Assembly (NCBI GenBank): GCA_048060695.1
Contig: JBGMQT010000005.1
Location: 2,731 to 66,665, forward strand
Length of the DNA stretch: 63,935 bases
Direction: 5' to 3'
Source of the DNA: Acidiferrobacterales bacterium
GTDB lineage: Bacteria > Pseudomonadota > Gammaproteobacteria > Acidiferrobacterales > JAJDNE01
Made by a program: the position numbers and the translations under genes. This document shows positions 12,695 to 22,977 of the stretch, piece by piece. Under the pieces are notes generated by a model. The model was not told the DNA's origin. It made no database searches and worked only from the letters and a program-made list of their open reading frames with translations. Position 1 is the stretch's first letter. Every line of letters starts with the position of its first letter.

Positions 12695-14527
12695 ATGTGC
12701 GGCATAGTTGGTGGTATCTCGCGGCGGGATATTGTGCCACAACTGGTCGATGGTTTAAGACGCATGGAGTATCGCGGCTATGATTCTGCCGGCGTTGTAA
12801 TTGTAAACGACAAAGGTTGTGTGGATCGCATCCGGCGCGCCGGCAAGGTAGAGAAGCTGGCCAGCGCTATTCATGGCAAGCTGCACGGTAGTGTGGGTGT
12901 TGGGCATACGCGTTGGGCCACGCATGGCGTGCCGAATGAGTCAAACGCTCACCCCCATGTATGTCGCAACAGTGTCGCCCTGGTCCATAACGGTATTATC
13001 GAGAATCACGAAGACCTGCATGCGTTACAGCTTGCGAAAGGCTTTGAGTTTACCTCGGACACCGATACCGAGGTGGTGGTGCACCAGGTGTATGATTACC
13101 ACATCGATCAAGGCCTTGATTTAGTCAAGGCAGTGCAGTGCACCCTGTCGGACATTCGTGGTACCTATGCGCTGGGCGTGATAAGCAACACCGACCCCAA
13201 CCGAATTGTCGCGGCACGTTTTGGCAGTCCACTGGTGATCGGTCTTGGTGAAAACGAAAATTTTATCGCCTCTGATGCCGCCGCCCTCTTGCTCGTAACG
13301 CGACAATTTATTTATCTTCACGACGGCGACATCGCCGATATCACACCGGACAGCGTTACCATATTCGATGCCAGTGGCCAGAAGGTCACCCGGCAGGTAC
13401 ATGAGAGCACACTGACCGCCGATGCGACCGACAAGGGCGAGTATGATCACTTCATGCTCAAGGAGATATTCGAGCAGCCGGCCGCCATTGTTGAAACCAT
13501 TGAGGGTCGCATCAGTGATAGCCGTGTACTGGAAGAGGCCTTCGGTCCCGGGGCCGGCAAGATATTTGATCGGGTAAGAGCAGTACAAATTGTTGCCTGT
13601 GGTACCAGTTATCATGCCGGTTTGATTGCACAATACGGCTTTGAATCACTTGCTGGCGTGCCTTGCAGCGTTGAGGTGGCCAGCGAATTTCGCTATCGCC
13701 GCCACGTGGTGGCAGCCGACACCCTGTTTGTCACCATCTCCCAATCCGGTGAAACGGCGGACACCCTGGCCGCACTACGCGAGGCAGACAAGCTTGGTTA
13801 TGCCAATACACTGGCGATTTGTAATGTGCCCGAAAGTTCGCTGGTGCGCGAATCTGAGCTGGTGTTAATGACCCGCGCGGGCCCGGAGATTGGTGTCGCC
13901 TCGACCAAGGCATTCACCACCCAGCTGGTTGCGCTATTACTATTGATCGTATTGCTGGGCCGGCGTCGCCAGCTAACCGCAGACACAGAAGAGAAAATCG
14001 TCAAACAGTTGCGCCACTTGCCGATACAAATAGATGACATGCTGGGTTTGAGCGACGAGATCGCCGAACTGGCAAAGCAGTTCGCTGACAAGCAGAACGC
14101 CCTGTTCCTGGGTCGCGGGGCACACTACCCCGTGGCTTTGGAAGGTGCGCTGAAACTGAAGGAAATTTCCTACATCCATGCCGAGGGTTACCCGGCAGGG
14201 GAGCTCAAGCATGGACCGCTGGCGTTGGTGGATTCAGAGATCCCGATTGTGGCCGTCGCACCCAATGATTATCTGCTGGGCAAACTGAAATCCAATTTAC
14301 AGGAAGTGCGCGCCCGCGGTGGTGCCTTGTATGTATTTGCTGATCCGGCCTCTGAGGTGCGATCGGAAGATGGTGTAACCGTTATTGAAGTTGCGCCCGC
14401 AGAGCAGGCGGTGTCGCCAATCGTTTATAGTGTGCCGTTGCAGTTGCTGGCTTACCACGTTGCGGTTCTCCGGGGCACTGATGTTGATAAGCCTCGTAAT
14501 CTCGCCAAGTCGGTAACAGTTGAGTAA
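12695..14527 (+). CDS. glmS: glutamine--fructose-6-phosphate aminotransferase
   Basis: N-terminal MCGIVG, two SIS domains, C-terminal KSVTVE. 610 aa. Confidence 0.97.
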   Translation: MCGIVGGISRRDIVPQLVDGLRRMEYRGYDSAGVVIVNDKGCVDRIRRAGKVEKLASAIHGKLHGSVGVGHTRWATHGVPNESNAHPHVCRNSVALVHNGIIENHEDLHALQLAKGFEFTSDTDTEVVVHQVYDYHIDQGLDLVKAVQCTLSDIRGTYALGVISNTDPNRIVAARFGSPLVIGLGENENFIASDAAALLLVTRQFIYLHDGDIADITPDSVTIFDASGQKVTRQVHESTLTADATDKGEYDHFMLKEIFEQPAAIVETIEGRISDSRVLEEAFGPGAGKIFDRVRAVQIVACGTSYHAGLIAQYGFESLAGVPCSVEVASEFRYRRHVVAADTLFVTISQSGETADTLAALREADKLGYANTLAICNVPESSLVRESELVLMTRAGPEIGVASTKAFTTQLVALLLLIVLLGRRRQLTADTEEKIVKQLRHLPIQIDDMLGLSDEIAELAKQFADKQNALFLGRGAHYPVALEGALKLKEISYIHAEGYPAGELKHGPLALVDSEIPIVAVAPNDYLLGKLKSNLQEVRARGGALYVFADPASEVRSEDGVTVIEVAPAEQAVSPIVYSVPLQLLAYHVAVLRGTDVDKPRNLAKSVTVE

Positions 14528-14589
14528 GCTTCCTTCTCCCTCAATTTTGACGAATAGCGGCTATCGCCGCAATCAACCTAATTAGTAAT

Positions 14590-15225
14590 ATGACATTAGA
14601 GCCAACACCATCGCTTTTAGATAGTTTGTACTGGATAACATTGCTTGCGGTTATTGTCTCGTCAGTTTCAGGTGTTCTTAAAGCTGGTTTTAAACGTTAT
14701 GACTTATTCGGTGTAATTATTATCGCGATTGCTACGGGATTAGGAGGCGGTTCATTACGGGACATGCTTCTTGGCCGGGACGTATTCTGGGTCAATGATC
14801 AAATATTTTTTATTGCATCGCTTGGCAGCGCCGCTGCTGTTTTTGTAATGGCCAGACTAATAGTAGTTTCGCCCAAATATTTCCTGGTTGCTGATGCTGC
14901 GGGGTTAGCTACTTTTGGTGTTGCCGGAACATTGGTTTCACTGATGGTTGGAGCGCCCCCTCTTATTGCAAGTTTTATGGGAGTAATGACAGGAACTATG
15001 GGAGGAATATTTCGTGATATTTTGTGCAACGAGACACCTGTCGTGTTTCTAAGCCCGCTTTATGCGACAGTATCCTGGATTGGCTCTTTGCTCTTTATCG
15101 GGTTCTTGCATTTCGATCAGGAGGTAACGATAGCAGCAATTATTTCTGGACTAAGTATATTTATATCTCGTCTGTTGGCGATGTATTATAATGTCAGCTT
15201 GCCTAGATTTCGCTTCAAATCTTGA
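14590..15225 (+). CDS. UPF0126/TRIC-family membrane protein (YadS/YicG-like)
   Basis: Duplicated glycine-rich motifs GGGSLRDMLLG and GGIFRDILC in a 7-TM protein. Confidence 0.8.
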   Translation: MTLEPTPSLLDSLYWITLLAVIVSSVSGVLKAGFKRYDLFGVIIIAIATGLGGGSLRDMLLGRDVFWVNDQIFFIASLGSAAAVFVMARLIVVSPKYFLVADAAGLATFGVAGTLVSLMVGAPPLIASFMGVMTGTMGGIFRDILCNETPVVFLSPLYATVSWIGSLLFIGFLHFDQEVTIAAIISGLSIFISRLLAMYYNVSLPRFRFKS

Positions 15226-15265
15226 AGTGGCTACACATAAAACATAAATACATACCAGAACTTGC

Positions 15266-15293
15266 TTGGCAAATAGATCCCGTGGCTTACAAT
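15266..15293 (+). promoter_or_regulatory. candidate sigma-70 promoter
   Basis: TTGGCA (15266-15271), a 16-nt spacer, then TACAAT (15288-15293), about 60 nt upstream of ATG 15354. Confidence 0.3.
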
Positions 15294-15353
15294 CCGCTTG
15301 CCGGGCGCGGTACACGCCCTGCAGCATGCTTGACTACGCAATGGAGAATTGCA

Positions 15354-15731
15354 ATGGCGATCTGGATTTCAAAATTCCTGGGCCCGATCATTCTGGTTCT
15401 TGTCATTCCCATGATTGTTACGCCCACAAAGTTTCAAGAGACGGCTAGACGTTTCCTGGCCGACAGCCCGCTGGTGCTCATTTCCGGTGTTCTTGCAATG
15501 ACCGCCGGGCTTTCAATTGTGAATACGCATAACGTTTGGGTATTTGACTGGACACTGATCGTGACACTGTTTGGCTGGGCGCTTGTCCTTGGCGGGGCGT
15601 CAAGAATCATCGCGCCGCATGTGGTGAAGAAGATTGGTGACCAGATGATGGACCGTCCTGCGACGACCAGAATTATCGGTGTCTTTTGGACTTTTCTGGG
15701 GACTTTCCTGGTGTTCAAGGGTTATGCCTAG
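15354..15731 (+). CDS. small integral membrane protein, unknown function
   Basis: 125 aa from ATG 15354 (MAIWISKFLGPIILVL...) with about four hydrophobic segments. The TTG start at 15222 is judged an over-extension. Confidence 0.55.
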   Translation: MAIWISKFLGPIILVLVIPMIVTPTKFQETARRFLADSPLVLISGVLAMTAGLSIVNTHNVWVFDWTLIVTLFGWALVLGGASRIIAPHVVKKIGDQMMDRPATTRIIGVFWTFLGTFLVFKGYA

Positions 15732-15878
15732 AGAACACCGCGTATATGCACCACCCCGGAGATACTGAATAATCTGGCCCAGACGGATTGATGCACCCAT
15801 TGGACACGCCTGCCTGTATTCTTGCTGAGGGGTGAGCCTTCCCGGTTGGTAATAACAAAAAGACATCAGGAGCGGATT

Positions 15879-16319
15879 ATGAAATTTGTCACGGGTCTAC
15901 TATCGGTCTTTCTGCTTGTGTCGGGCATGCTGGTGCACGCCGGGGGTTTTGAGGTAGAGGGGCCGTGGATACGCGAGGCGCCACCTGGAATGAAAATGTT
16001 GTCGGGTTATATGAGGCTCGAAAATGAGAAAGATGCTGCACTCAATCTCGCGGGTGCGACCAGCTCTGATTTCGGGTCAATCGATATTCACCATACCGTT
16101 TTCAAGGACGGCCTGGCCTCTATGGTGTTACTGCAGTCCTTGAAAATTCCCGCTTTTAGCACGGTTAAATTTGAACCAAACGGACTTCACTTGATGCTCG
16201 CAAATCCAAAGCGCGAATTAAAGGCAGGCGATAAGGTAAGAATTACGTTGAAGTTCAGCAACTCTCGCAGGCTGAAGGTCGTTTTTCCGGTGCGCAAAAG
16301 CGGGGCTGCTCCGCGTTGA
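15879..16319 (+). CDS. periplasmic copper chaperone PCu(A)C (DUF461)
   Basis: Signal peptide MKFVTGLLSVFLLVSGMLVHA, AGGAG upstream of the ATG, Met/His-rich PCuAC pattern (GPWIREAPPGMKMLSGYM...IDIHH). Confidence 0.78.
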   Translation: MKFVTGLLSVFLLVSGMLVHAGGFEVEGPWIREAPPGMKMLSGYMRLENEKDAALNLAGATSSDFGSIDIHHTVFKDGLASMVLLQSLKIPAFSTVKFEPNGLHLMLANPKRELKAGDKVRITLKFSNSRRLKVVFPVRKSGAAPR

Positions 16320-16333
16320 AATCACCAGAGGCG

Positions 16334-16489
16334 CTACTTTTTGTGTTCGAGATAAATTCCCGTTATTTCTATTCCTATCGCGAGACCAATGAGCACCAGG
16401 CCCGGACCGGACTCTGGCGCCAATGCCAGCAGTAACGCGCCAAACGCAAGCAGCGAGCCCCCGAACAGGCGTCGATTCCTTTTTGTCAT
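16334..16489 (-). CDS. possible 51-aa membrane peptide
   Basis: My own translation: MTKRNRRLFGGSLLAFGALLLALAPESGPGLVLIGLAIGIEITGIYLEHKK. Below the ORF-track cutoff, and I saw no strong RBS. Confidence 0.25.
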   Translation of the reverse strand: MTKRNRRLFGGSLLAFGALLLALAPESGPGLVLIGLAIGIEITGIYLEHKK

Positions 16490-16605
16490 ACGGCCTTACC
16501 GTTTTTTGTGTTACCTGCCTGCCACTAGCTTACAATAGCCGGCACAAATGAAGTAGAACCAATATCCGCAAAACGTTTGCTAATAGCCTGGAGCAATATA
16601 CTCAA

Positions 16606-16770
16606 ATGAACACAGATCAGCCCGGGCCAACACCAACGGAAATCGCGCTGCAACAACAATCGAATACGCTCAAAATCGATTTTGATGATAGCAGCAGTTT
16701 CGAGCCTCCCGGTCGCTATTTACGAACATTTTCGCCGGCCGCCGAACCAAGGCGCAAGCGCGAAAACTAA
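16606..16770 (+). pseudogene. truncated DUF971-like gene fragment
   Basis: GGAG RBS plus ATG 16606. The 54-aa product TEIALQQQSNTLKIDFDDSSSFEPPGRYLRTFSPAAE matches the N-terminal half of DUF971 proteins, from memory. I found no C-terminal half in any frame. Confidence 0.4.
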
Positions 16771-17074
16771 AAACGAAACACCGGCCGATATCGATGACAA
16801 GGATATTTCACAGTGGCGGACGATTTATATCCTCTACTTTGGCGCGCTGGTAGATCAAATCGAACGCGATCGGGAAGAAGTGAAAATACCCCCAAGCGTG
16901 ACCACGGTGCAGGCCCTGGTCGACTGGTTAGCCGAGCGCGGGACGCATTGGGACACCGCTATTAGAAAGAACCCGGTCAAAGTTACGATAAATCGCCAGT
17001 TTGCCGAGAATATCTCGCGGATCGCGGAAGGGGATGAAGTTGCTTTCGTGCCGATAGTACCGGGCAGCCAGTAG
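16682..17074 (+). CDS. MoaD/ThiS-like beta-grasp protein with atypical ends (possibly decayed)
   Basis: The C-terminal 83 aa (IYILYFGALVDQ...GDEVAFVPIVPGSQ) align to MoaD (MIKVLFFA...GDEVAFFPPVTGG). ACG sits where the ATG is expected, and the terminus is GSQ rather than GG. The ORF stays open only via TTG/ATG at 16682, overlapping the DUF971 fragment. Confidence 0.45.
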   Translation: MMIAAVSSLPVAIYEHFRRPPNQGASAKTKNETPADIDDKDISQWRTIYILYFGALVDQIERDREEVKIPPSVTTVQALVDWLAERGTHWDTAIRKNPVKVTINRQFAENISRIAEGDEVAFVPIVPGSQ

Positions 17075-17092
17075 GAAGCAATGTCAGTTCGA

Positions 17093-17965
17093 TCAGGCCG
17101 GTTTTGTTGCCTTGAAAAACAAAACCTCCGCGTCGAGCCAGATACCCTCCTCGTCTCTGAGTTGTTCCACTTCGGCAAGGTGTTCTTTACGAAATTGATC
17201 TAGTTTGGCTTCGGGTACTTGATCCACCATGCCACGAAAACCGGCGTTCCAGACGACTTCCCACCACTCCATTGCTGATCTGAGGTGAAAGCCGAGCTGC
17301 TCGCTAACGACTTCTGTTTTAGTGAGGTCGGCCTGATGCATTAGATCTTTTCCTTGTTCTGCTGTCGCCAGCTTATACCAACCCATTTTTGTGCGATCTT
17401 TGGGGGTCTCGACGCCATAGTATTCCAGGCGGTCGAGCAGCAAACGGGTCATGGGCTGGAACGCGTTTTGACCAAAACTGGTAAACATTAACGTGCCGCC
17501 GGGTTTGATGACTCGCACCCATTCCCTAAGCCCTGTAAGCATATCGGGCAAGAAGAACAAGCCAAAGGAGCATACTGCTGTATCGAAATATTCCTTGCGG
17601 AATTCGAGAGATTCCGCGTCCATAATATGGGCGTCTATGTTGTCGATGCCAAGTTTCTCTATCGATTTGTCCAGTTGGGCCAACATGCCCTCAGACAAAT
17701 CTATGGCGTGAACCCGGCCGGGCTCGATGGTTTTGGCCAGCGTAGTGGCGACAACACCAGTGCCTGTGGCGATATCAAGAATTTTGTCGCCGCGTTTGGG
17801 TTTTAACAGAAACAGGATTTTGTCTGCAGCAAACGGGAAATAACGTGAATAGGGGTGCTCATAACCCTCGGCAACTTTATTAAAAACGGCCGTTATCGCT
17901 TGTTTGATTTTATCGGGGTCCACGCCGGGTCCTCTGTGCTGATGGGCAAAGACAATTGTAACCAC
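17093..17965 (-). CDS. class I SAM-dependent methyltransferase
   Basis: Motif I ILDIATGTGVV and post-I/II motifs (VIKPGGTLMF). GTG start. 290 aa. Confidence 0.85.
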   Translation of the reverse strand: MVTIVFAHQHRGPGVDPDKIKQAITAVFNKVAEGYEHPYSRYFPFAADKILFLLKPKRGDKILDIATGTGVVATTLAKTIEPGRVHAIDLSEGMLAQLDKSIEKLGIDNIDAHIMDAESLEFRKEYFDTAVCSFGLFFLPDMLTGLREWVRVIKPGGTLMFTSFGQNAFQPMTRLLLDRLEYYGVETPKDRTKMGWYKLATAEQGKDLMHQADLTKTEVVSEQLGFHLRSAMEWWEVVWNAGFRGMVDQVPEAKLDQFRKEHLAEVEQLRDEEGIWLDAEVLFFKATKPA

Positions 17966-18133
17966 AGCCGTACCGGTTAAGGAAACGGCCAGACGCGGTG
18001 ACGAATTTAACTGAATAGTTAACGTCTTGCCGGTGCCGGGAAATACAGTTCCACCACAAAGAGGTGATTTAGGTCATCTTTTTTGCCGCCGGCCTTGCCG
18101 TACCCGCCCGTGTTAGCCAAAATCAACGTTCTT

Positions 18134-19036
18134 ATGCACGGCCATCATGAACACACGCACCACAGCGCTATTACAGGCAGCAAGGCTTTGTTGCTGGCGT
18201 TGGCGCTAACGCTGTCTTTTGCCCTTGTTGAGGCCATCGTCGGGTGGCAGTCGGGATCCCTGGCCTTGCTGGGTGACGCCGGCCATATGGTGTCCGATGC
18301 TTTCGCACTGGGTTTTGCCGCGCTGGCGGCGTGGATTGCAAAGCGACCGGCGAGTACACGCCATAGCTATGGGTTAGGCCGTGCTGACGTTGTCGCGGCG
18401 ATGGTCAACGGATTGTTTATGCTGGTGGTGGTGCTGGGCATCGTAATCGAGGCCATTGAGCGGCTTCGGGATCCACAGCCGGTGGCAGGTGCGGCGGTAA
18501 TCGGTGTTGCCCTGGTAGGCCTGATAATCAACATCGTGGTGGCGGTCATCCTGTCACGCAGCGAGCAAACATTGAATATGCGCGCAGCCATGCTGCACGT
18601 GATGGGAGATCTGCTAGGGTCATTGGCGGCGCTCAGCGCTGGTATCGTTATCTATTTCACCGGCTGGACGCCGATAGACCCTATATTGTCACTTTTTATC
18701 AGCGGCCTCATCGTTTTGTCGAGCCTGCGACTGTTGCGCCAGGCCCTGTATGTCGTTATGGAGGGCGTACCAGTGCACATAGATCTCACCAGGGTCGGCA
18801 AGGCAATGGTGGAGGTGGACCGCAGCGTGATCAATGTGCATGACCTTCACATTTGGGCCTTGCCGTCAGGTACTGTCGCCTTGTCGGCCCACCTTGGGGT
18901 GGAAAATCTTGCCTGCTGGGACCAGTTGCTGGAACAGGAGCGTGACATGTTGCGTCAGCAGTTTGGTATTGAGCATGTCACATTACAGCCAGAAGCCGGC
19001 ACCCATGTGTTACGACCCATGTCGCGTGTACAATAA
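18134..19036 (+). CDS. cation diffusion facilitator metal efflux transporter (CzcD/ZitB-like)
   Basis: His-rich N-terminus MHGHHEHTHH, HMVSDAFAL and HVMGDLLGS motifs, six TM segments. ATG 18134 preferred over 18083. Confidence 0.9.
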   Translation: MHGHHEHTHHSAITGSKALLLALALTLSFALVEAIVGWQSGSLALLGDAGHMVSDAFALGFAALAAWIAKRPASTRHSYGLGRADVVAAMVNGLFMLVVVLGIVIEAIERLRDPQPVAGAAVIGVALVGLIINIVVAVILSRSEQTLNMRAAMLHVMGDLLGSLAALSAGIVIYFTGWTPIDPILSLFISGLIVLSSLRLLRQALYVVMEGVPVHIDLTRVGKAMVEVDRSVINVHDLHIWALPSGTVALSAHLGVENLACWDQLLEQERDMLRQQFGIEHVTLQPEAGTHVLRPMSRVQ

Positions 19037-19069
19037 CGCCTTAGACTGACAACAGGCCCCACAGAAGTA

Positions 19070-20170
19070 ATGGAACCCATTCTTATCTGGTTCAAACAGG
19101 CACTGCCTTCCAATCTCTGGGTTGTGCAGGTCTTCATCGTTGTATTCATTGTAATGCTGATCAATTTTATTCAGCAGCGCGTGTTGAATCGTCTTTTCGA
19201 CAAGCTCAAACCGACACCCAAAACGTGGGATGACGCGGTCGTCGATGCGCTGGGCAAGCCACTCTCACTATTAATCTGGGTAGTGGGCGTGGCGCTTGCT
19301 GCGGAAATTGTCCGCGAAGAAACCGGGGCTATTATTTTTGACGCGGTTAAACCAGTACGAGATGTCGGAGTGATAGTTGCTATCGTCTGGTTTTTGTTGC
19401 GGCTGATCAAACGTACTGAAGATAACGTCATCCAGAAACACGTCATTGAAAAACAGCTGATTGACAGAACAACGGTCGACGTGGCGGCGAAATTATTGCG
19501 AATGTCGCTGGTTATCACCGCCGCACTGGTAACGATGCAGACGCTGGGGTTCAGTATCTCCGGCATCCTTGCATTTGGCGGTATCGGCGGTATTGCCATT
19601 GGTTTTGCTGCCAAAGATTTGCTGGCCAATTTTTTTGGCGGATTGATGATTTATCTGGATCGACCGTTCGCCGTTGGTGACTGGATACGATCCCCGGATC
19701 GCGAAATTGAAGGCACCGTTGAGGAGATCGGCTGGCGCCAGACGACTATACGGACCTTTGATAAACGCCCCTTGTATGTGCCTAACGCAGCCTTTGCCAA
19801 TGTTGCCGTAGAGAACCCGGCTCGTATGTCACATCGACGCATATATGAAACCATCGGTATTCGGTACGAGGACGTAGCTAAAATGGGCGACATTGTTAAC
19901 GCCGTCAGGGCGATGTTGCAGTCTCACGAAGAAATCGATTGCAGTCAGACGATGATTGTTAATTTCACCGCGTTCGCACCTTCGTCGCTGGATTTCTTTG
20001 TGTATACCTTTACCAAAACAACGGACTGGATTCATTTTCACGAAGTGAAACAGGACGTGTTGCTCAAAATCAGCGATATTATTATTAACCATGGTGCCGA
20101 GGCGGCCTTTCCAACTTCAACTGTTCATCTGGCAGGGTCATTGCCGACACCGGAACCCGGCCGTACCTAG
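19070..20170 (+). CDS. MscS-family mechanosensitive channel
   Basis: FGGLMIYLDRPFAVGDWI...GTVEEIGWRQTTIRTFDKRPLYVPN. 366 aa. Confidence 0.88.
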   Translation: MEPILIWFKQALPSNLWVVQVFIVVFIVMLINFIQQRVLNRLFDKLKPTPKTWDDAVVDALGKPLSLLIWVVGVALAAEIVREETGAIIFDAVKPVRDVGVIVAIVWFLLRLIKRTEDNVIQKHVIEKQLIDRTTVDVAAKLLRMSLVITAALVTMQTLGFSISGILAFGGIGGIAIGFAAKDLLANFFGGLMIYLDRPFAVGDWIRSPDREIEGTVEEIGWRQTTIRTFDKRPLYVPNAAFANVAVENPARMSHRRIYETIGIRYEDVAKMGDIVNAVRAMLQSHEEIDCSQTMIVNFTAFAPSSLDFFVYTFTKTTDWIHFHEVKQDVLLKISDIIINHGAEAAFPTSTVHLAGSLPTPEPGRT

Positions 20171-20187
20171 GAAACACCGGGTTTACT

Positions 20188-20778
20188 ATGAAAATTTTCA
20201 GCAAGCTATATAACGTTGCGCTGCTGTGGGCGGCACACCGCCACGCGCCGTATTACCTTGGTGGCTTGAGCTTCGCCGAGTCTTCTTTCTTTCCGATACC
20301 GCCGGATGTCATGCTGGCGCCAATGGTGCTCGCCAAACGCGATAAGGCCTGGGTCTATGCCGGTTTAACAACGCTGGCGTCGGTGCTTGGCGGTATCGCC
20401 GGCTATTTTATTGGTATGTACGCGTTTGAGTACACCGTACCCATCCTTCGAGATATGCATCTATGGAGCGACACCGGTTTTATGAAGGTGCAACAGTGGT
20501 TTCGCGAATGGGGTTTTTGGGCCATTTTTATTGCCGGTTTCTCCCCTATCCCTTATAAAATATTTACGATTGCCTCAGGTGCTATCGGCATGGCGTTCCT
20601 GCCGTTTGTGCTGGCCTCCACCATTGGCCGTGGCGCCCGTTTTTTCCTGGTTGCTGGCGTGATTCGCGCCGGTGGCGATAGAATGGAAAGAATGTTACGG
20701 CGGTATATCGACACCATAGGATGGTTAATGGTGGTACTTGTTATTCTTCTCTATTTTGTCGTTTCCTGTAGTCGCTGA
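20188..20778 (+). CDS. YqaA/DedA-superfamily membrane protein
   Basis: SFAESSFFPIPPDVMLAPM motif. 196 aa. Confidence 0.78.
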   Translation: MKIFSKLYNVALLWAAHRHAPYYLGGLSFAESSFFPIPPDVMLAPMVLAKRDKAWVYAGLTTLASVLGGIAGYFIGMYAFEYTVPILRDMHLWSDTGFMKVQQWFREWGFWAIFIAGFSPIPYKIFTIASGAIGMAFLPFVLASTIGRGARFFLVAGVIRAGGDRMERMLRRYIDTIGWLMVVLVILLYFVVSCSR

Positions 20779-20805
20779 ATTCAGGCCCCTCGCGCCACCG
20801 ATCAA

Positions 20806-22977
20806 ATGGACGTCTCTGACTTACTGGATAGCTTAAACGAAGTGCAACGCGATGCCGTAGCCGCTCCGCCGGGGCCAGTGCTGGTATTGGCCGGCGCCGG
20901 CAGCGGCAAGACGCGCGTGCTCACTCATCGTGTGGCCTGGCTGGTCGGGGTGGAAAACGTGTCACCGCAATCAATACTGGCGGTCACCTTTACCAACAAG
21001 GCAGCGCAGGAAATGCGTGGCCGCATTGAGTCTATGCTTGGTATGCCTGTCGGTGGCATGTGGATTGGCACCTTTCATGGTTTGTCACACCGATTGCTTC
21101 GAGCCCATTGGAAGGACGCTGGTTTACCGCAAGGTTTTCAGATTCTTGACAGCGAAGATCAGTATCGCGTTATCCGTCGAGTGCTTAAGGGCATGGAGGT
21201 GGATGAGGCCTACTGGCCCCCGCGCCGGGTGCAATGGTTCATCAATGGACACAAGGAAGAGGGTCGCCGACCAAAAGACGTCGGTCAGCAAAACGATCCG
21301 CAACAGCGCCAATTATTACAGATCTACCAGGCCTATGAAGAGCTGTGCCAACGTTCGGGATTGGTAGATTTTGCCGAACTGTTGTTAAGTGCCTACGAGC
21401 TTCTGCGTGACAATGAAGCTTTACGAATACACTATCAAAGCCGTTTTCAACATATCCTGGTAGACGAATTTCAGGATACCAACACCATCCAGTATCGCTG
21501 GTTGCAGCTACTGGCCGGCGGTCATCGTAACCTGTTTGTGGTCGGGGATGACGACCAGTCTATCTATGGCTGGCGCGGTGCCAAGGTCGAAAATATCCTG
21601 CAATTTGATCGCGATTACCCCGGCACCCGGATGGTTCGGCTGGAACAGAATTATCGCTCAACGAATAATATTCTCAAGGCCGCTAACGCGGTTATCAGTT
21701 GCAATGAAGGGCGTCTTGGCAAGGAGCTGTGGACCGAGGATAAAGAGGGCGAACCCATTTCGGTTTATACCGCCTATAACGAAGTTGATGAGGCGCGTTT
21801 TGTTATCGACCAGATCGAGGTCTGGGTAGAGCAAGGAAAACCGCGCGTCAAAGTCGCCATTCTTTACCGCTCCAACGCGCAGTCCCGTGTATTTGAGGAA
21901 ATGTTGCTGCGCGCCAACATGCCCTATCGTGTCTATGGCGGGCTGCGCTTTTTCGAGCGTCAGGAAATAAAGGATGCGCTGGCCTATCTGCGCCTGATGG
22001 CGAATCGAATTGATGACGCCTCGTTTGATCGTATCGCCAATGTGCCCACCCGGGGTCTGGGTCACAAGACCCTCGACATGGTTCGGGTCCACGCAAAAGA
22101 AAATAAAGTTACCTTGTGGCAGGCAGCAACGGCGTTGTTACAGAATGAAACATTAACGGCCCGGGCGGCCAATGCCCTGCGTGGATTTATGGATCTGATC
22201 GAAACGCTGGATGCCGATACCAAAGATCTGGTGCTGGGCGAACAGGTCGAACACGTATTGCATGGTAGCGGCTTGCTTGATCACTATCGCAAGGAGAAGG
22301 GTGAGAAGGCCGAATCCCGCATCGAGAACCTGGAAGAACTGGTAACGGCGGCCCGCGCCTTTGAAAATGATGATGAAGAGCGGGAAATGGAGCCACTGGC
22401 ACAGTTTCTGGCCAATGCGGCGCTGGAAGCGGGCGAGGGTCAGGCCGAGGAGTGGGAAGACTGCGTGCAATTAATGAGCTTGCATTCCGCAAAAGGGCTG
22501 GAGTTTCCGCTGGTGTTTTTGACCGGTATGGAAGAGGGCCTGTTTCCCCACAATCGATCTCTGCAAGAGCCGGGGCGTCTGGAAGAGGAACGTCGACTTT
22601 GTTACGTTGGCATGACGCGGGCGATGGAACGCCTGGTGATATCTCATGCCGAGGTGCGGCGTCTTTATGGTAACGAACACTATGCGACACCCTCGCGTTT
22701 TCTCGGCGAAGTGCCGGAGGAATTATTGAATCCGGTGCGGTCCACCGCGGCGGGGTTATCGACCACACCGGCCTGGCCAGCCAGCTCGCCGGCGATGGAG
22801 AGCGGCGATAATGAATCCGGGTTCCAGTTGGGCCAGCGCGTCACCCACGCCAAATTTGGCGAAGGGGTGGTGCTGCAATATGAAGGGCACGGGCAACATG
22901 CGCGCGTTCAGGTCAATTTTGGCAACGGTGGCAGCAAGTGGCTGGTGGTAGCGTACGCCAGGCTGCAGACCCCATAA
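20806..22977 (+). CDS. uvrD: DNA helicase II UvrD
   Basis: Walker A GAGSGKTRVLTHR, motif II VDEFQDTN. 723 aa. Confidence 0.95.
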   Translation: MDVSDLLDSLNEVQRDAVAAPPGPVLVLAGAGSGKTRVLTHRVAWLVGVENVSPQSILAVTFTNKAAQEMRGRIESMLGMPVGGMWIGTFHGLSHRLLRAHWKDAGLPQGFQILDSEDQYRVIRRVLKGMEVDEAYWPPRRVQWFINGHKEEGRRPKDVGQQNDPQQRQLLQIYQAYEELCQRSGLVDFAELLLSAYELLRDNEALRIHYQSRFQHILVDEFQDTNTIQYRWLQLLAGGHRNLFVVGDDDQSIYGWRGAKVENILQFDRDYPGTRMVRLEQNYRSTNNILKAANAVISCNEGRLGKELWTEDKEGEPISVYTAYNEVDEARFVIDQIEVWVEQGKPRVKVAILYRSNAQSRVFEEMLLRANMPYRVYGGLRFFERQEIKDALAYLRLMANRIDDASFDRIANVPTRGLGHKTLDMVRVHAKENKVTLWQAATALLQNETLTARAANALRGFMDLIETLDADTKDLVLGEQVEHVLHGSGLLDHYRKEKGEKAESRIENLEELVTAARAFENDDEEREMEPLAQFLANAALEAGEGQAEEWEDCVQLMSLHSAKGLEFPLVFLTGMEEGLFPHNRSLQEPGRLEEERRLCYVGMTRAMERLVISHAEVRRLYGNEHYATPSRFLGEVPEELLNPVRSTAAGLSTTPAWPASSPAMESGDNESGFQLGQRVTHAKFGEGVVLQYEGHGQHARVQVNFGNGGSKWLVVAYARLQTP

